Source of the DNA: Fibrobacterales bacterium
Lineage (GTDB): Bacteria > Fibrobacterota > Fibrobacteria > Fibrobacterales > JAOPTW01
Assembly (NCBI GenBank): GCA_051532055.1
Contig: JAOPTX010000042.1
Location: 85,730-149,729 of the forward strand
Length of the DNA stretch: 64,000 bases
Direction of reading: 5' to 3'
Shown here: one piece after another, positions 31,901 through 40,937 of the stretch
Numbering within the stretch: position 1 is the stretch's first letter
Layout: each line of letters begins with the position of its first letter
The notes under the pieces: generated by a model
Told to the model about the DNA's origin: nothing
What the model saw: only the letters and a program-made list of their open reading frames with translations
Databases searched by the model: none
Translations under genes and position numbers: made by a program

Positions 31901-32673
31901 CTAATTATCTCATTGGAAAAATAAACCGAGCCAATCGACATCTTGCTGCAGATCGTGGAATTAAATATGTTGGTCAGAAAATATTTGAGATTCATGCGGT
32001 TGATTTGGTCTCTCAAAAAATAATTCAACCGGATAGTTCCATTAATCTGGTGTTATCAATGCAAGTATCGGAACAAGATACTAGTGGTGGACGGAGGCTA
32101 CCAAGGGATTCTCTCTTTACTTATTCTGACACACTCTATGATGTCAATGAGACCTCTATATTTTTGCTCGATGAGATAGAAGACCGTTGGGTGATGCAAG
32201 AGAGTGAGCTCATAAACAATACAACCCTTAATGATAGTACATCTATATTGGCAAAACGAGCAGAGGTGAACCCCCAGTCAATCATTGCTACCACAACGAA
32301 TCATTTTAGTGTGTATACAATATTAGCAGCTAAAGTGAGTCTCGAACCCTTTAGTGACTTTCTTATCTACCCATCACCAATCATTACCTCAGATGTCACT
32401 GAAGAAAACAGAAATGCCCGTATTAGTTTTCGTATCACACAACCCACTGATATTGCCATTCGGATTTTTTCTAGAACGGGTAAGCTCGTATGGAAGCAAG
32501 ACTTATCGGAAGTAATACCAGAAGATGGTACTAAAAATGAAGTCATTTGGAACTGTACCAATCTTGATGAATATCTAGTAGGGAATGGTTACTATATCGT
32601 AAAACTAAAAGCAACCATTAAAGCGACCGGTAAAAAATATATAGAGAAACAAATTATAGCGGTGGTAAAATAA
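25915..32673 (+). CDS. Giant secreted adhesin-like protein A: AgmC-like Gly-rich tip, Fn3/Ig-like repeats, ZU5/GAIN-like HFS domain, FlgD/T9SS-type CTD
   Basis: Signal peptide; 'GDEVLLIQMQ...AQVIRVPNY...WNGTTGGVVAF...GFRGG'; repeated 'W..S.DP...Y....Y(F/Y)WRV.A.D'; 'TTNHFSVY'; 'IYPSPI...IRIFSRTGKLVW...VGNGYYIVK...IAVVK'. Confidence 0.8.
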   Translation: MPYKAVLLLFLFCSILKADQTWLQTDWSGGSGQNEWIVINQYLSDDSQLHTDDVGELGITFSVQNGDGSDGNVTISTVNQIVNTYSAISSTNTAAAQKQVVVQDGSLFSVGDEVLLIQMQQYTNDNSSTAGTYEFAHISSISTNTLTFVINLSYAYYSGNFDMAQANAAQVIRVPNYNNLTISTAASITGSPWNGTTGGVVAFRVKENFIASGATVTADTLGFRGGAGGAGNEAKGWEGEGILGKDMAEGDGDGCNPCNSYPTGINNGGSGGFGRSIYGGGGAGGGHAVAGQNGGAKYIDQLARGGIAVGNAAMTTIFMGGGGGGGGDDDNQHNNMVDPSNDRYFYHMYGGRGGGIIMIYAKTMTGGTLTTKGQSRQTPWVSNGAAEGSGGAGGSIRIQAKDISSVTLDVSGGDGENDYEQITAGWGGDGSNGRMLLEYSSKTSIVNQTGINGANQSISEATLGAYESAEVVSSILDMQSLPGTLFGPMSANWTATLNGGVVKVYLRTALTEGAIPGKAWTQIEKNVIVDYSGDIDYNDRYVQYRALLQVGTESPVLNDITITLGDVVTPPTTPDSLFIYGDSLFTPEDEILSSDSIGWNTPTGFPVNALTYEFEIASDASNWVGTSLYSENIGADTQIDLDTMSISFVENSRYFWRVRAVHPDASMSSWTGDLQSFYINNVNSAPHSNTLHEPTGYEILKSTDTITFRALDVDSISNTPDILTYTIDLSLNKSFTLIASSYSTTDTFAVMGSFGVLVNDQLYFMRVRVQDDGGESGPTITLSDSIRYLFEGNTPPPVPSFTGVSEDDMIIETDVIQWSTSIDPDANPVLYTIEGRSDVNAAAVYYSTGISATSATIAQLITADSLGATIATFNDKNLSLRIKATDSYNESSNWSGWMRLHFNAVNDTPSVASITAPTDNQFFRPPQSITWNSSFHGDQREDSYFSLELGNASDFNVIIESDTLAESVHDKQLSTFTKLDQLIANQEYYLRLKSYDASGNSFGYSQVKSFTYLIDSLFAPATLYSSPGISFVSGNEFSAESSVGWSYSGVYSYGFLTYELIIDNDASFGSPEVRDTLTDTTAVFTSLTGNASLVDNQFYYWIVKEIHPDGTSSNYTDPTSSFFYNPINQAPTLPTNISPLPLNNLELYVTSDSLFRFYSTDADSLGNTPDLYSYTIQVSTDSLFAQIISTIPGVLEDSYVIGSVPGLQDSTEYFWRVFTTDSHGASSDTAGTFSFTYLMTNTPPSVVQFITLPDSTIVDSTTLFKWNRSFDPEGSSIRYFVEFTQDTTRFSFNIISEVTDTTYTYSELITFNTIKKVLTTDTLDNDVYIDTTTSLSFDDQTLYLRIYSIDQFNIRSIASSWTTLFIDSENDTPTQIQLKQPLDDSIDLFETQLITYTQSTDPDRFDTLYYEVEISKTVDFSTLMGSATTAKGDTAIGFTEFTLTEQFANGDYYYVRVRGRDNAGNSAGYTNPRPFKYSANNSRPTTPVITTPADTANTFGPTGLITWSTATDPEGDLVTYELVIVPSDSSFPAILENGLSFATSITNTTYTLYKSTHYEHLQSGTLYAAYVRSVDAFNAPSSPSEPRYFWYFSTKPGAVTLHSPVDSTEGDGTLRLTWSRAVDTDAGVNDTIRYDILLSQSPNYSDTALRVSVVGDTSAALQDLPGMNDLVEDRYYYWKVFAVDPHGEVSESSLTKLFFYNLGNQKPNVPDSLRYLKSDSLFLFDELFWWATDPDISDNGKLVYDLQIDDSDVFQSPIQFSNIPQEFVALNYNAETLQLQKNHEYFWKVRARDPAGETSAYTATLMSFVYMGFDSTMFDISTIYTPSRSVFVHTDSLFWKPVTHLNSKYIVRLYDGSTGGLIGVDTIYASELSTYRYNDSSMYIPLLAVLPDSLYTAEKFFNWSVQAASDTHDPTYGTVVSHYFYLGKKEKLQDNNRTSAWILPKDSVILYSADSLLNVSIPQHSFKDTFGVAFDSVGLFLQELLLDTSSQYTTETNYLIGKINRANRHLAADRGIKYVGQKIFEIHAVDLVSQKIIQPDSSINLVLSMQVSEQDTSGGRRLPRDSLFTYSDTLYDVNETSIFLLDEIEDRWVMQESELINNTTLNDSTSILAKRAEVNPQSIIATTTNHFSVYTILAAKVSLEPFSDFLIYPSPIITSDVTEENRNARISFRITQPTDIAIRIFSRTGKLVWKQDLSEVIPEDGTKNEVIWNCTNLDEYLVGNGYYIVKLKATIKATGKKYIEKQIIAVVK

Positions 32674-34325
32674 TGGTACGATTATACGCCATACTCCTAT
32701 CTTATTTAGTTTCTATGTCGACAATTAAGGCCGCTAATCTAGAGCCATTTAATCCCATTAATCTCACGACAGGAAATCAAGATACTCTACTCTTCTTTTT
32801 TGAAGCACTGACCTGGGAGGGCAGTGACCCCGATTCATTAGATACACTATTATCCTATCGGATTCAAATTGATGACGACAGTAATTTTGCATCACCAGTA
32901 CTCCAACTGGATACTACTGCATCATCAGTTTTTATTAGTGATTTTAATAACTATTCACAAAAACTTACAAATGAAACAACGTACTACTGGAGGGTTCGAG
33001 CTAAAGACTCCGACGGGCTGCTATCGGATTATTCCGTAGCCAGTCTGGGTTATAACTTTGTTAATGGCGTCAACATGCTTGACATCCCTTCAGTAGTTTC
33101 GTTTTCACATACAATTAAAGAGCCTACCGACTCTCTTTTTTGGCAATCAGCACTCTATTATGATGCAGAATATACTGTAGAACTCTTTAGAGATGATAGT
33201 TCGGTCATTCAAAGCAGAACATTAATTCCCTCAACCAATGATTCTTCTATGTTCATTGGTTCTAACATGTTTATATCTATTAGTCACCTTTTTGGTGATA
33301 GTACCATAGAACCTTTTACGAGTTATTTCTGGACTATACAAGCTTTTGCGAACAACTTGGGCTCATTATCGGGAATACGTTCTGAGAGGCAACATCTATT
33401 TATACACGATAGCACGAATCAGTTGATCACTGCAGCAACAACCCATGCGTGGTCTATTTCTCATAAAGATCAAGAGATTTTTTCAGCTGACTCACTCATG
33501 GTTATCACTATTCCTGACTCAGCATTTGGGGAGACTACTGTTACGGTACTCATCAGTGAACTTCCTGGTGAGAGTGTTACCGACAGTAGTTCTAGTACAG
33601 GAGCCCATAATAACATTGTGTCAGCTCAAAATAATCTTACCGCAGATCGGTTTAGACGTACACTGGGACAAAAAATTTATGCTATTGATGCTTTGAATAG
33701 CAGAACTATGAATCCAATAGCACCTCTCAAAGGTAAAGAAGTCATACTGTCCCAAGCCATTATCCTTAATGACACTACATTAACCTCTAATACTCCCATT
33801 GAAAGTGCAACGATAGCACAGCTTGATACAACAAGAAATGAGTGGGCCGTTCAATCTTCATCATTGATTTCTATACAAAGCCAAGAATCTCTTGATTTTT
33901 TCAAGTCACACTCTGACCAGCAGTTAACGCATTACATGCAACACACCACCAATCACTTTAGCTATTATACCATCCTGTTTCGAGGAGTGGATAGCGAGCC
34001 ATTTTCCGATTTTTTAGTCTATCCATCACCTATTATTCTCAGTCATGGAACTGATGAAATAAAGAACGCTCATATATCATATAGCCTGACAGCAGAGACC
34101 TCGATTTCCATAAATATATTCTCGAGAACCGGTAAATTAGTGTGGTCAAAAGACACCATTCATATCGCACCAACTGATGGCCTTAAAAGTGAAATAGTTT
34201 GGAATGGCACTAATAGTGAAGGTACTGTAGTAGGTAATGGTTATTATGTGGTAAAATTGGCAGCAAAAATTAAAGGTATCGACCGTTACTATAGGGCCAA
34301 ACAATTAATAGCGGTGGTAAAATAG
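32673..34325 (+). CDS. Short paralog B: about two Fn3-like domains, HFS domain, T9SS-type CTD
   Basis: Own signal peptide; matches only the C-terminal ~540 aa of A and C; 'TTNHFSYY'; 'VYPSPI...IFSRTGKLVW...VGNGYYVVK'; TAATG coupling. Confidence 0.8.
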   Translation: MVRLYAILLSYLVSMSTIKAANLEPFNPINLTTGNQDTLLFFFEALTWEGSDPDSLDTLLSYRIQIDDDSNFASPVLQLDTTASSVFISDFNNYSQKLTNETTYYWRVRAKDSDGLLSDYSVASLGYNFVNGVNMLDIPSVVSFSHTIKEPTDSLFWQSALYYDAEYTVELFRDDSSVIQSRTLIPSTNDSSMFIGSNMFISISHLFGDSTIEPFTSYFWTIQAFANNLGSLSGIRSERQHLFIHDSTNQLITAATTHAWSISHKDQEIFSADSLMVITIPDSAFGETTVTVLISELPGESVTDSSSSTGAHNNIVSAQNNLTADRFRRTLGQKIYAIDALNSRTMNPIAPLKGKEVILSQAIILNDTTLTSNTPIESATIAQLDTTRNEWAVQSSSLISIQSQESLDFFKSHSDQQLTHYMQHTTNHFSYYTILFRGVDSEPFSDFLVYPSPIILSHGTDEIKNAHISYSLTAETSISINIFSRTGKLVWSKDTIHIAPTDGLKSEIVWNGTNSEGTVVGNGYYVVKLAAKIKGIDRYYRAKQLIAVVK

Positions 34326-34326
34326 T

Positions 34327-37300
34327 ATGAACCGAGTCTTTTCAACTTCTTGCTTAATGCGTAATCTATTCATTGGATTATTCGTTGGCTTTTATGGACC
34401 GCTCACTGCAGCTAATACTCATTGGACTCAAACTGATTGGTCTGGTGGGTCTGGACAAAACATTTGGAGTAATTCTACTCAGTATGGGTCTGATGATGGG
34501 TTGATAAAAACCTCTATTACCAATCAATTATCTATAGAGAATTCCATTAATACAGGAACGGGAACCATAGATCTTATTGTTTCATTAGATAGTACTGTAA
34601 TTAATGAATATAGCGCAGTCATTGGATCCCCTTCTGCAGGATCATTTACTATTGATGTGAGTAATGGATCCCTTTTTCAAAATGGAAGTGAAATTTTAAT
34701 CCATCAGACACAACACGCCGATAGTGCAGGAAACTATGAGTTTCATACAGTAGTTTCTAAGGTGGGGAACACCCTAAATCTAGATTCGGGTTTAATACAT
34801 ACCTATTATTCTGGAACAGATAATGTGACGGTTTCAAGTACTGCCCAAGTAGTTTCAGTGCCCCATTATAACTCAGTAACAATTAATAATGGAGTCACCA
34901 TGGAATCACGTGAATGGGATGGTGTCACTGGTGGTATTGTCATATTTCGTACTAAAGAGACTGTTACACTTAATGGCTATATCGATGTAGATGGCCAAGG
35001 ATTTCGAGGCGGAAATTGTGGGACCTGTGGAGATGCCGCGTGGGGGACTCAAGGTGAAGGTCATACGGGTATTGGTGGAAATAGTGTAGTCGCAAACGGT
35101 AGTGGTGGCGGTGGTGGATATGGACCATCGGGCATTGGTGGGGAGCCAGGTGCTGGGGGAGGGCATGCTTTTGCGGGGAGCTCTCCCGCAAGTTATGGAG
35201 CGCCGAGTCAGCCCATAGGTGGCGTTGCTGTTGGGGATCCGCAACTCTCCAAAATACTTTTTGGAGGAGGTGCTGGTGCAGGTGGAGATAATGATAATGG
35301 AACTCCATTTCCACAATATGTAAATGGGGGAGGAATTGTGATACTCTTTGCTAAAACAATCGTTGATGCAAGAATAACATCTAAAGGTGAAGATGGTGTT
35401 TTTTCATCTGGAGCAGGAGGAGTGACAGGAGGGGGCGCTGGGGGCGCCATATTATTATCAGCCAAAACTATTACAACCCAATCAGTAGATGCTTCTGGTG
35501 GTGCTGCAACACCGGGTTCATCACCAGATATTGGGGGGGCGGGGAGTGTTGGAAGAATCAGAATTGATGTTGAAACCTGCACTGGTTGTACAACTACTCC
35601 TACACCCGTGGAAAATATTATTGCGGTAGCAGACTCGGCGGTATTACTCTCTTCTATTTATGCTTTTAACAATTCTGACTATTATGGTCCCTATAGAATT
35701 AACTGGGAATTTACTGACAATGGGGGGAGTGTTGATGTTTGGATTCGGACTGCCTCAACTACAGGGTCAATACCGGGGGAACCATGGGTACCGGTTATCA
35801 AAAATGCCCGAACTGATTTTAATACTGGTTTTTCAAATTCCGATGCCTATGTTCAATACAAAGTAACCCTTACTAAAGGCTCAGCAGATAGTCCTATTTT
35901 TGAGGAAATAAATATTGAACTCGGAGAAAAACAGACCCCTTTAACTGCTCCAGTAAGACTTTATCTTGGAAATGATGTTCTGTTTACCTCTGAAGATGTG
36001 CGTTCCCCCGGAGACAACCTATCATGGAGTCAAGATACAACGTTTCCAAGTAACTTTCTTTCCTATGAATTATTCATATCTCCTAATGCAAACTATTCTA
36101 CGATACTGTATCAAGGTAATGTCGGGGGAGACACCCTAGTGAGTCTCGACACCCTGACACTATCTTCGGCCCTGCAGGATAATACTCCATATTATTGGGC
36201 AGTACGTTCTAAAGATGTCGATAATGTAGTCTCAACCTATACTTCACTGGGTAATAGATTTATTTACAATTCAATAAATCAACCTCCTCCCATACCCGCT
36301 ATTTACACCAATAGTGGCATTGCGCTCACAGCTACTCAACCTCTGTATTTTAAAAGTCAGGACCCTGACTCCTTAGGTAACCAACCTGACCAATTAACCT
36401 ATCGTATTGAACTGGATACAGATCCAGCATTTGGTTCAATTGACGTAACCCATACAACACAAGACACGACTCCACTTACAGGTTCGATCGCAGGCCTTGT
36501 CAATGCCACAAATTACTTTTGGCGTGTTTGGACTGAAGACGACAGTAGTGCAGTGTCTTCTAAAACTACGGGAACTCACTGGTTTACTTATATACATAGT
36601 AATAGCCCACCTTCCGCTATTTCATTGACACTTTTTATTGACGACACAGAATTTTTCGGTGATTCACTCATTCGTTGGAATAAGTCCATCGATCCAGAAG
36701 GTAATCCCATTACCTATATAATTGAAGGGAGACACAACACTTTTGGGGACACACTTCTATATGCTACTATTCTTTCAGATACCGCACTTACCTTAAATCA
36801 ATTGATTGATAGTAATGATATAACAACAGCAGTATCAGAATTTAATGATAGGGATTTTGTTATTCGCGTTAAAGCCCGCGATTCCTATCAACTAGAGTCC
36901 ATAGTTTCGGATTGGAAACCTGTCCACTTTAATCAAATTAATGATGTTCCTTCTGCCGTTACAATTACAACACCCTTGGATTCATTAAAACTACGGCCAC
37001 CAGAAAAAATACGCTATAGTGCATCGTTTCATTCAGATCAAAGAGAGGATATTTTTTATGAAGTAGAGTTGGGGGCTGACCCTCATTTCATTGCTTCGCT
37101 TTCAAAAGATACTGTCCCCGAAGACTCTACTTCTGTACCTTTACAAAACCTCGGTGGTCACTCAACGCTCACTATTAACAATTTTTATTATCTTCGGGTC
37201 GCAGCATTTGATGCAAACGGAAATAAAGCGTCGAGCTCACCTGTGCGAACATTTCAATATTCAATTGATTCTATAACGCCGCCATTACCACTCTCGCTCG

Positions 37301-40300
37301 GCATGGACTCTCTCTTTGCTTCTGGTAATGAACGAATGAAATCAGATACTCTTGCATGGAGTTGGTCTCGGGTGTATTCCTATGGCTATCTCGAATACAC
37401 TCTTCAAATCAGTAGTGACTCACTGTTTACTACACCTCTTATTTCTCTTACTAATTATAGTGATACCTCTGTGATTATCCAAAATTTACCGAACGTTACT
37501 GCTCTCACTGAAAATAAACGTTATTTCTGGAGAGTAAAAGAAATTATTCCTGCAGGTGCTTATTCTGAGTATACTGATGTCAGTAATTTCTTTGTACTCA
37601 ATACTACCAACGATAAACCGCTCACCATATCCTCTTTTTCACCTTCAGTATCAGCCGGTGAACCACCTTTTTTAACGTCAGACTCTTTACTGAAGTTTAT
37701 AACAGTTGATCCTGACACGTTAGGTATAACCCCTGACAAACTATCGTATACCATTCAAATTTCACAGAACTCAGGGTTTACTCCTGTACTCACCACCATC
37801 TCAGGTGTTACTGAAAATGAATATCTCTTAGGAAGTATTCCTGAACTCCAAGATACACAAATATACTATTGGAGAGTTTTTGCTACAGATAATCATGGAC
37901 TTCGTTCTGACACTACAATTGGTACCCACTATTTTGAGTACTCATTGACTAATGCCGCTCCCAGTAGTGTGTTTTTTAAAAACCTTCCAGATAGTGCAGA
38001 ACGCGGAGGTTCAGATCTCCTAGAATGGAATAAATCAATTGACCCTGATGCGCATACGGTGTCCTATGTCATTGAGGGGGTTAGTGACACTATCGTTTTT
38101 ACCCGTGAACTCTACACAATAGTTCCTGACACCTCTCTCACCCTCGATTCTGTATTATCACATAACACTCTTTCTGTAACTGATTATGATGATAAAATAT
38201 ACTTTGTAAGAATTTACAGTAGAGATCAGTACAATGCTCGCTCCGTACCCTCAGCATGGCAAACTCTTTTTATAAACTTAGAAAATGATATACCCACTGC
38301 TGTTTCTCTCAAAAAACCTCTTGATGACTCATCTGCAATTGCTGAATCTGAAGGAATTGTGTTTAGCAAGTCCAAGCATTCAGATCACTTAGAGAGTTTC
38401 ATCTATATCCTTGAAATTGCCGAAGATACAAGCTTTACTCAACTAATTTCAGTTGATACCCTTTCTTCGACTGAAGACTCTCTTGGTTTTTATGATATGA
38501 ATGGCTCACTATCTCTCGAAAAAGATATTTTCTACCACGTACGAGTTCGCCCCATTGACCGAGCAGGAAATGCCCCAGAATGGTCAGCCCCTAAGAGTTT
38601 TCAATATATCACCTCAAATGGACGGCCCGGAATTCCCGAACTTATTTCTCCCATTGACACCGTAAAATATTTTTTACCGCGAGACACCCTATACTGGGGA
38701 GGTGTAACAGATGGTGATGGTGATGCTTTTTGGTACGAAGTGTATATCGTGAATATTGATGAACAACCAACAAATAAAACTCAAAAAAGTATTGCCTTTA
38801 AAACGGGTGTTGATACCACACAGCTCGCTCTCAATGCTCTCGTTAACTACCGTAACCTACAAAGCCATACCAAATATCGCTGGATTGTTCAGGCTAAAGA
38901 CATCTACAATGCACCTTCAGGCTATGCAACTGAAGGTATCTTTACCTTTAGATCTACTCGACCCGATGATGCAGTTATCATAGCCCCAAAGGATTCAGCG
39001 GTCGCTAACTTGAGTAATCCCTTTTATTGGCATCCTGCCCACGACGTTGATTTAGGTGTAGATGATGAACTTCTCTATGAGCTCCTCATTTCGAAATCAG
39101 AATCCTTTGATACTAAGGATATTGTTTTACAAGACACAATAATTTCTGATACGCTTGTTGCACTCACCGACCTCCCCTCATTTTCAAATGTTCCTGATGA
39201 CCAATGGTACTATTGGAAGGTATATACCATTGATCGCCATGGACTGAGAAGTGAAGGTGGTATTGCAGAGCCCTTTTTCTTTAATTTGGGTAATCAAGCA
39301 CCTACTGCGCCTGTTGATTTAACCATGGGGGACGGAGATTCTCTTTTCTATGCATTTGAAGAACTAAAATGGACAGGTAGTGACCCTGATCCTCAAGATA
39401 TTCCCTATCTCGTCTATGATATACAGATTGATGATAGCCATACTTTTGCTTCACCCGACTTTATTCGCTACGGGGTAACAGGGGAAACCAATGTTGCACT
39501 CAATACCTTTAGTGGGCATCTCAGAATGATACCAGGGCACCGTTATTATTGGCGTGTTATCGCACAAGATTCCGAAGGGCTCCTCTCACCATTTTCTGAT
39601 GATAGCACTGCAAGCTTTGTATTTATGCCTTCAGATAGTTCATTGTTTGAGATACCAAATGTTCGTACAATCAATAGTTCGGTGCTCACTTCTTTTGATA
39701 CTCTAGAATGGCATCAACCACTTTTTGATGATGTTTCATACCGTGCACGTATATATTCCCTCAGCGGCGATACACTCAATACGATTGTTTTTAAGGGAGG
39801 CGTGGATTCTATTTCTAAAATTGCGCTATCTTCATTACTCCCAGACACCCTCTATCAGGATGAGCACTACTATTTTTGGGATATTATTGCCTTTAGCAAT
39901 ACAACACAACCAGAATACGGCCCACTGAAAGAAAATCTTTATTTTTATACAGGAAATCGCTTTAAATCACAGAATATTTCTGCTACTCGAGCATGGCTCA
40001 CAGGGCCAGATTCAACTCTGATTCAAAGCGCTGATTCTCTTTTTACAATAGTAATACCGAATAATGCATTTACTGACACCGTTGGTATTGTTATGCAAAC
40101 AGTGCCCAAAGATACATCCGCTATTATTGATAGTACGACCAAGGCATTAGTATCACTTGTTACCTATGCCAACAAGGCACTCGCTTCAAATCGTAAACTC
40201 TTTCCTTTAGGACAAAAAGTCTTTAGTGTCGAAGCGCATGATCTGGCAACTGATACCGTTGTACAACCCGATAGCACCAGTCAATTGTTATTACATCTCG

Positions 40301-40923
40301 CCTACGAAAACCGAGATTCTACGGATAGCAGTGTCGTTCAATTTAGTGATTCACTTTTTAGTATCTATAATACTGCTGTATTTTGGCTTGATGAGACTAA
40401 AAAAAGGTGGGTTGAGCAACAATCAGTAGTACAACCAGATCTAACGATTGAACAACCAACAATACTTCCTAAGAAGAGTTTAACTTCAACATCTTCGAAT
40501 AAAGAAAATGAACGGGCGCCTCACAACCAATTTAATGCTCTAACCTATTCAAACCACTTTTCAGTCTATACTATTTTTGCAGTTAAGCGATCTATAGAAC
40601 CATTTGGTGATTTTCTCATATATCCTTCCCCCATAATAACATCAAGTGAAAACCCCGATAAACAAAAGGCCCGAATAAGTTTCTCTATTACCGATAAAAC
40701 ATCGATAAACCTTCGAATTTACTCCAGAACTGGCAAATTAGTCTGGAAATATGATAGAATAGAAGAGCCAGTAGATGGGTTAAAGAATGAAATCATATGG
40801 GATTGCAAAAATTTGGATGACTACCTTGTTGGGAATGGATACTACATCGTTAAGATACGTGCTAAATCGGAAGCAAATAATAAGGTCTACATACAAAAGC
40901 AGTTAATTGCAGTGATAAAATAA
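34327..40923 (+). CDS. Giant secreted adhesin-like protein C, colinear paralog of A
   Basis: 'TQTDWSGGSGQ', Gly-rich tip, same repeat order as A, 'SNHFSVY', CTD ending 'IAVIK'. Confidence 0.8.
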   Translation: MNRVFSTSCLMRNLFIGLFVGFYGPLTAANTHWTQTDWSGGSGQNIWSNSTQYGSDDGLIKTSITNQLSIENSINTGTGTIDLIVSLDSTVINEYSAVIGSPSAGSFTIDVSNGSLFQNGSEILIHQTQHADSAGNYEFHTVVSKVGNTLNLDSGLIHTYYSGTDNVTVSSTAQVVSVPHYNSVTINNGVTMESREWDGVTGGIVIFRTKETVTLNGYIDVDGQGFRGGNCGTCGDAAWGTQGEGHTGIGGNSVVANGSGGGGGYGPSGIGGEPGAGGGHAFAGSSPASYGAPSQPIGGVAVGDPQLSKILFGGGAGAGGDNDNGTPFPQYVNGGGIVILFAKTIVDARITSKGEDGVFSSGAGGVTGGGAGGAILLSAKTITTQSVDASGGAATPGSSPDIGGAGSVGRIRIDVETCTGCTTTPTPVENIIAVADSAVLLSSIYAFNNSDYYGPYRINWEFTDNGGSVDVWIRTASTTGSIPGEPWVPVIKNARTDFNTGFSNSDAYVQYKVTLTKGSADSPIFEEINIELGEKQTPLTAPVRLYLGNDVLFTSEDVRSPGDNLSWSQDTTFPSNFLSYELFISPNANYSTILYQGNVGGDTLVSLDTLTLSSALQDNTPYYWAVRSKDVDNVVSTYTSLGNRFIYNSINQPPPIPAIYTNSGIALTATQPLYFKSQDPDSLGNQPDQLTYRIELDTDPAFGSIDVTHTTQDTTPLTGSIAGLVNATNYFWRVWTEDDSSAVSSKTTGTHWFTYIHSNSPPSAISLTLFIDDTEFFGDSLIRWNKSIDPEGNPITYIIEGRHNTFGDTLLYATILSDTALTLNQLIDSNDITTAVSEFNDRDFVIRVKARDSYQLESIVSDWKPVHFNQINDVPSAVTITTPLDSLKLRPPEKIRYSASFHSDQREDIFYEVELGADPHFIASLSKDTVPEDSTSVPLQNLGGHSTLTINNFYYLRVAAFDANGNKASSSPVRTFQYSIDSITPPLPLSLGMDSLFASGNERMKSDTLAWSWSRVYSYGYLEYTLQISSDSLFTTPLISLTNYSDTSVIIQNLPNVTALTENKRYFWRVKEIIPAGAYSEYTDVSNFFVLNTTNDKPLTISSFSPSVSAGEPPFLTSDSLLKFITVDPDTLGITPDKLSYTIQISQNSGFTPVLTTISGVTENEYLLGSIPELQDTQIYYWRVFATDNHGLRSDTTIGTHYFEYSLTNAAPSSVFFKNLPDSAERGGSDLLEWNKSIDPDAHTVSYVIEGVSDTIVFTRELYTIVPDTSLTLDSVLSHNTLSVTDYDDKIYFVRIYSRDQYNARSVPSAWQTLFINLENDIPTAVSLKKPLDDSSAIAESEGIVFSKSKHSDHLESFIYILEIAEDTSFTQLISVDTLSSTEDSLGFYDMNGSLSLEKDIFYHVRVRPIDRAGNAPEWSAPKSFQYITSNGRPGIPELISPIDTVKYFLPRDTLYWGGVTDGDGDAFWYEVYIVNIDEQPTNKTQKSIAFKTGVDTTQLALNALVNYRNLQSHTKYRWIVQAKDIYNAPSGYATEGIFTFRSTRPDDAVIIAPKDSAVANLSNPFYWHPAHDVDLGVDDELLYELLISKSESFDTKDIVLQDTIISDTLVALTDLPSFSNVPDDQWYYWKVYTIDRHGLRSEGGIAEPFFFNLGNQAPTAPVDLTMGDGDSLFYAFEELKWTGSDPDPQDIPYLVYDIQIDDSHTFASPDFIRYGVTGETNVALNTFSGHLRMIPGHRYYWRVIAQDSEGLLSPFSDDSTASFVFMPSDSSLFEIPNVRTINSSVLTSFDTLEWHQPLFDDVSYRARIYSLSGDTLNTIVFKGGVDSISKIALSSLLPDTLYQDEHYYFWDIIAFSNTTQPEYGPLKENLYFYTGNRFKSQNISATRAWLTGPDSTLIQSADSLFTIVIPNNAFTDTVGIVMQTVPKDTSAIIDSTTKALVSLVTYANKALASNRKLFPLGQKVFSVEAHDLATDTVVQPDSTSQLLLHLAYENRDSTDSSVVQFSDSLFSIYNTAVFWLDETKKRWVEQQSVVQPDLTIEQPTILPKKSLTSTSSNKENERAPHNQFNALTYSNHFSVYTIFAVKRSIEPFGDFLIYPSPIITSSENPDKQKARISFSITDKTSINLRIYSRTGKLVWKYDRIEEPVDGLKNEIIWDCKNLDDYLVGNGYYIVKIRAKSEANNKVYIQKQLIAVIK

Positions 40924-40937
40924 GAGATAGGTAAACT

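Noticed and set aside
32673..34325. Pseudogene or frameshifted fragment of a giant adhesin
   Set aside because: Has its own signal peptide, an intact CTD and coupled start/stop; no sign of frameshift
34906..35582. Overlapping minus-strand ORFs (114-136 aa)
   Set aside because: Shadows of the GC-richer Gly-rich coding region; no independent signals
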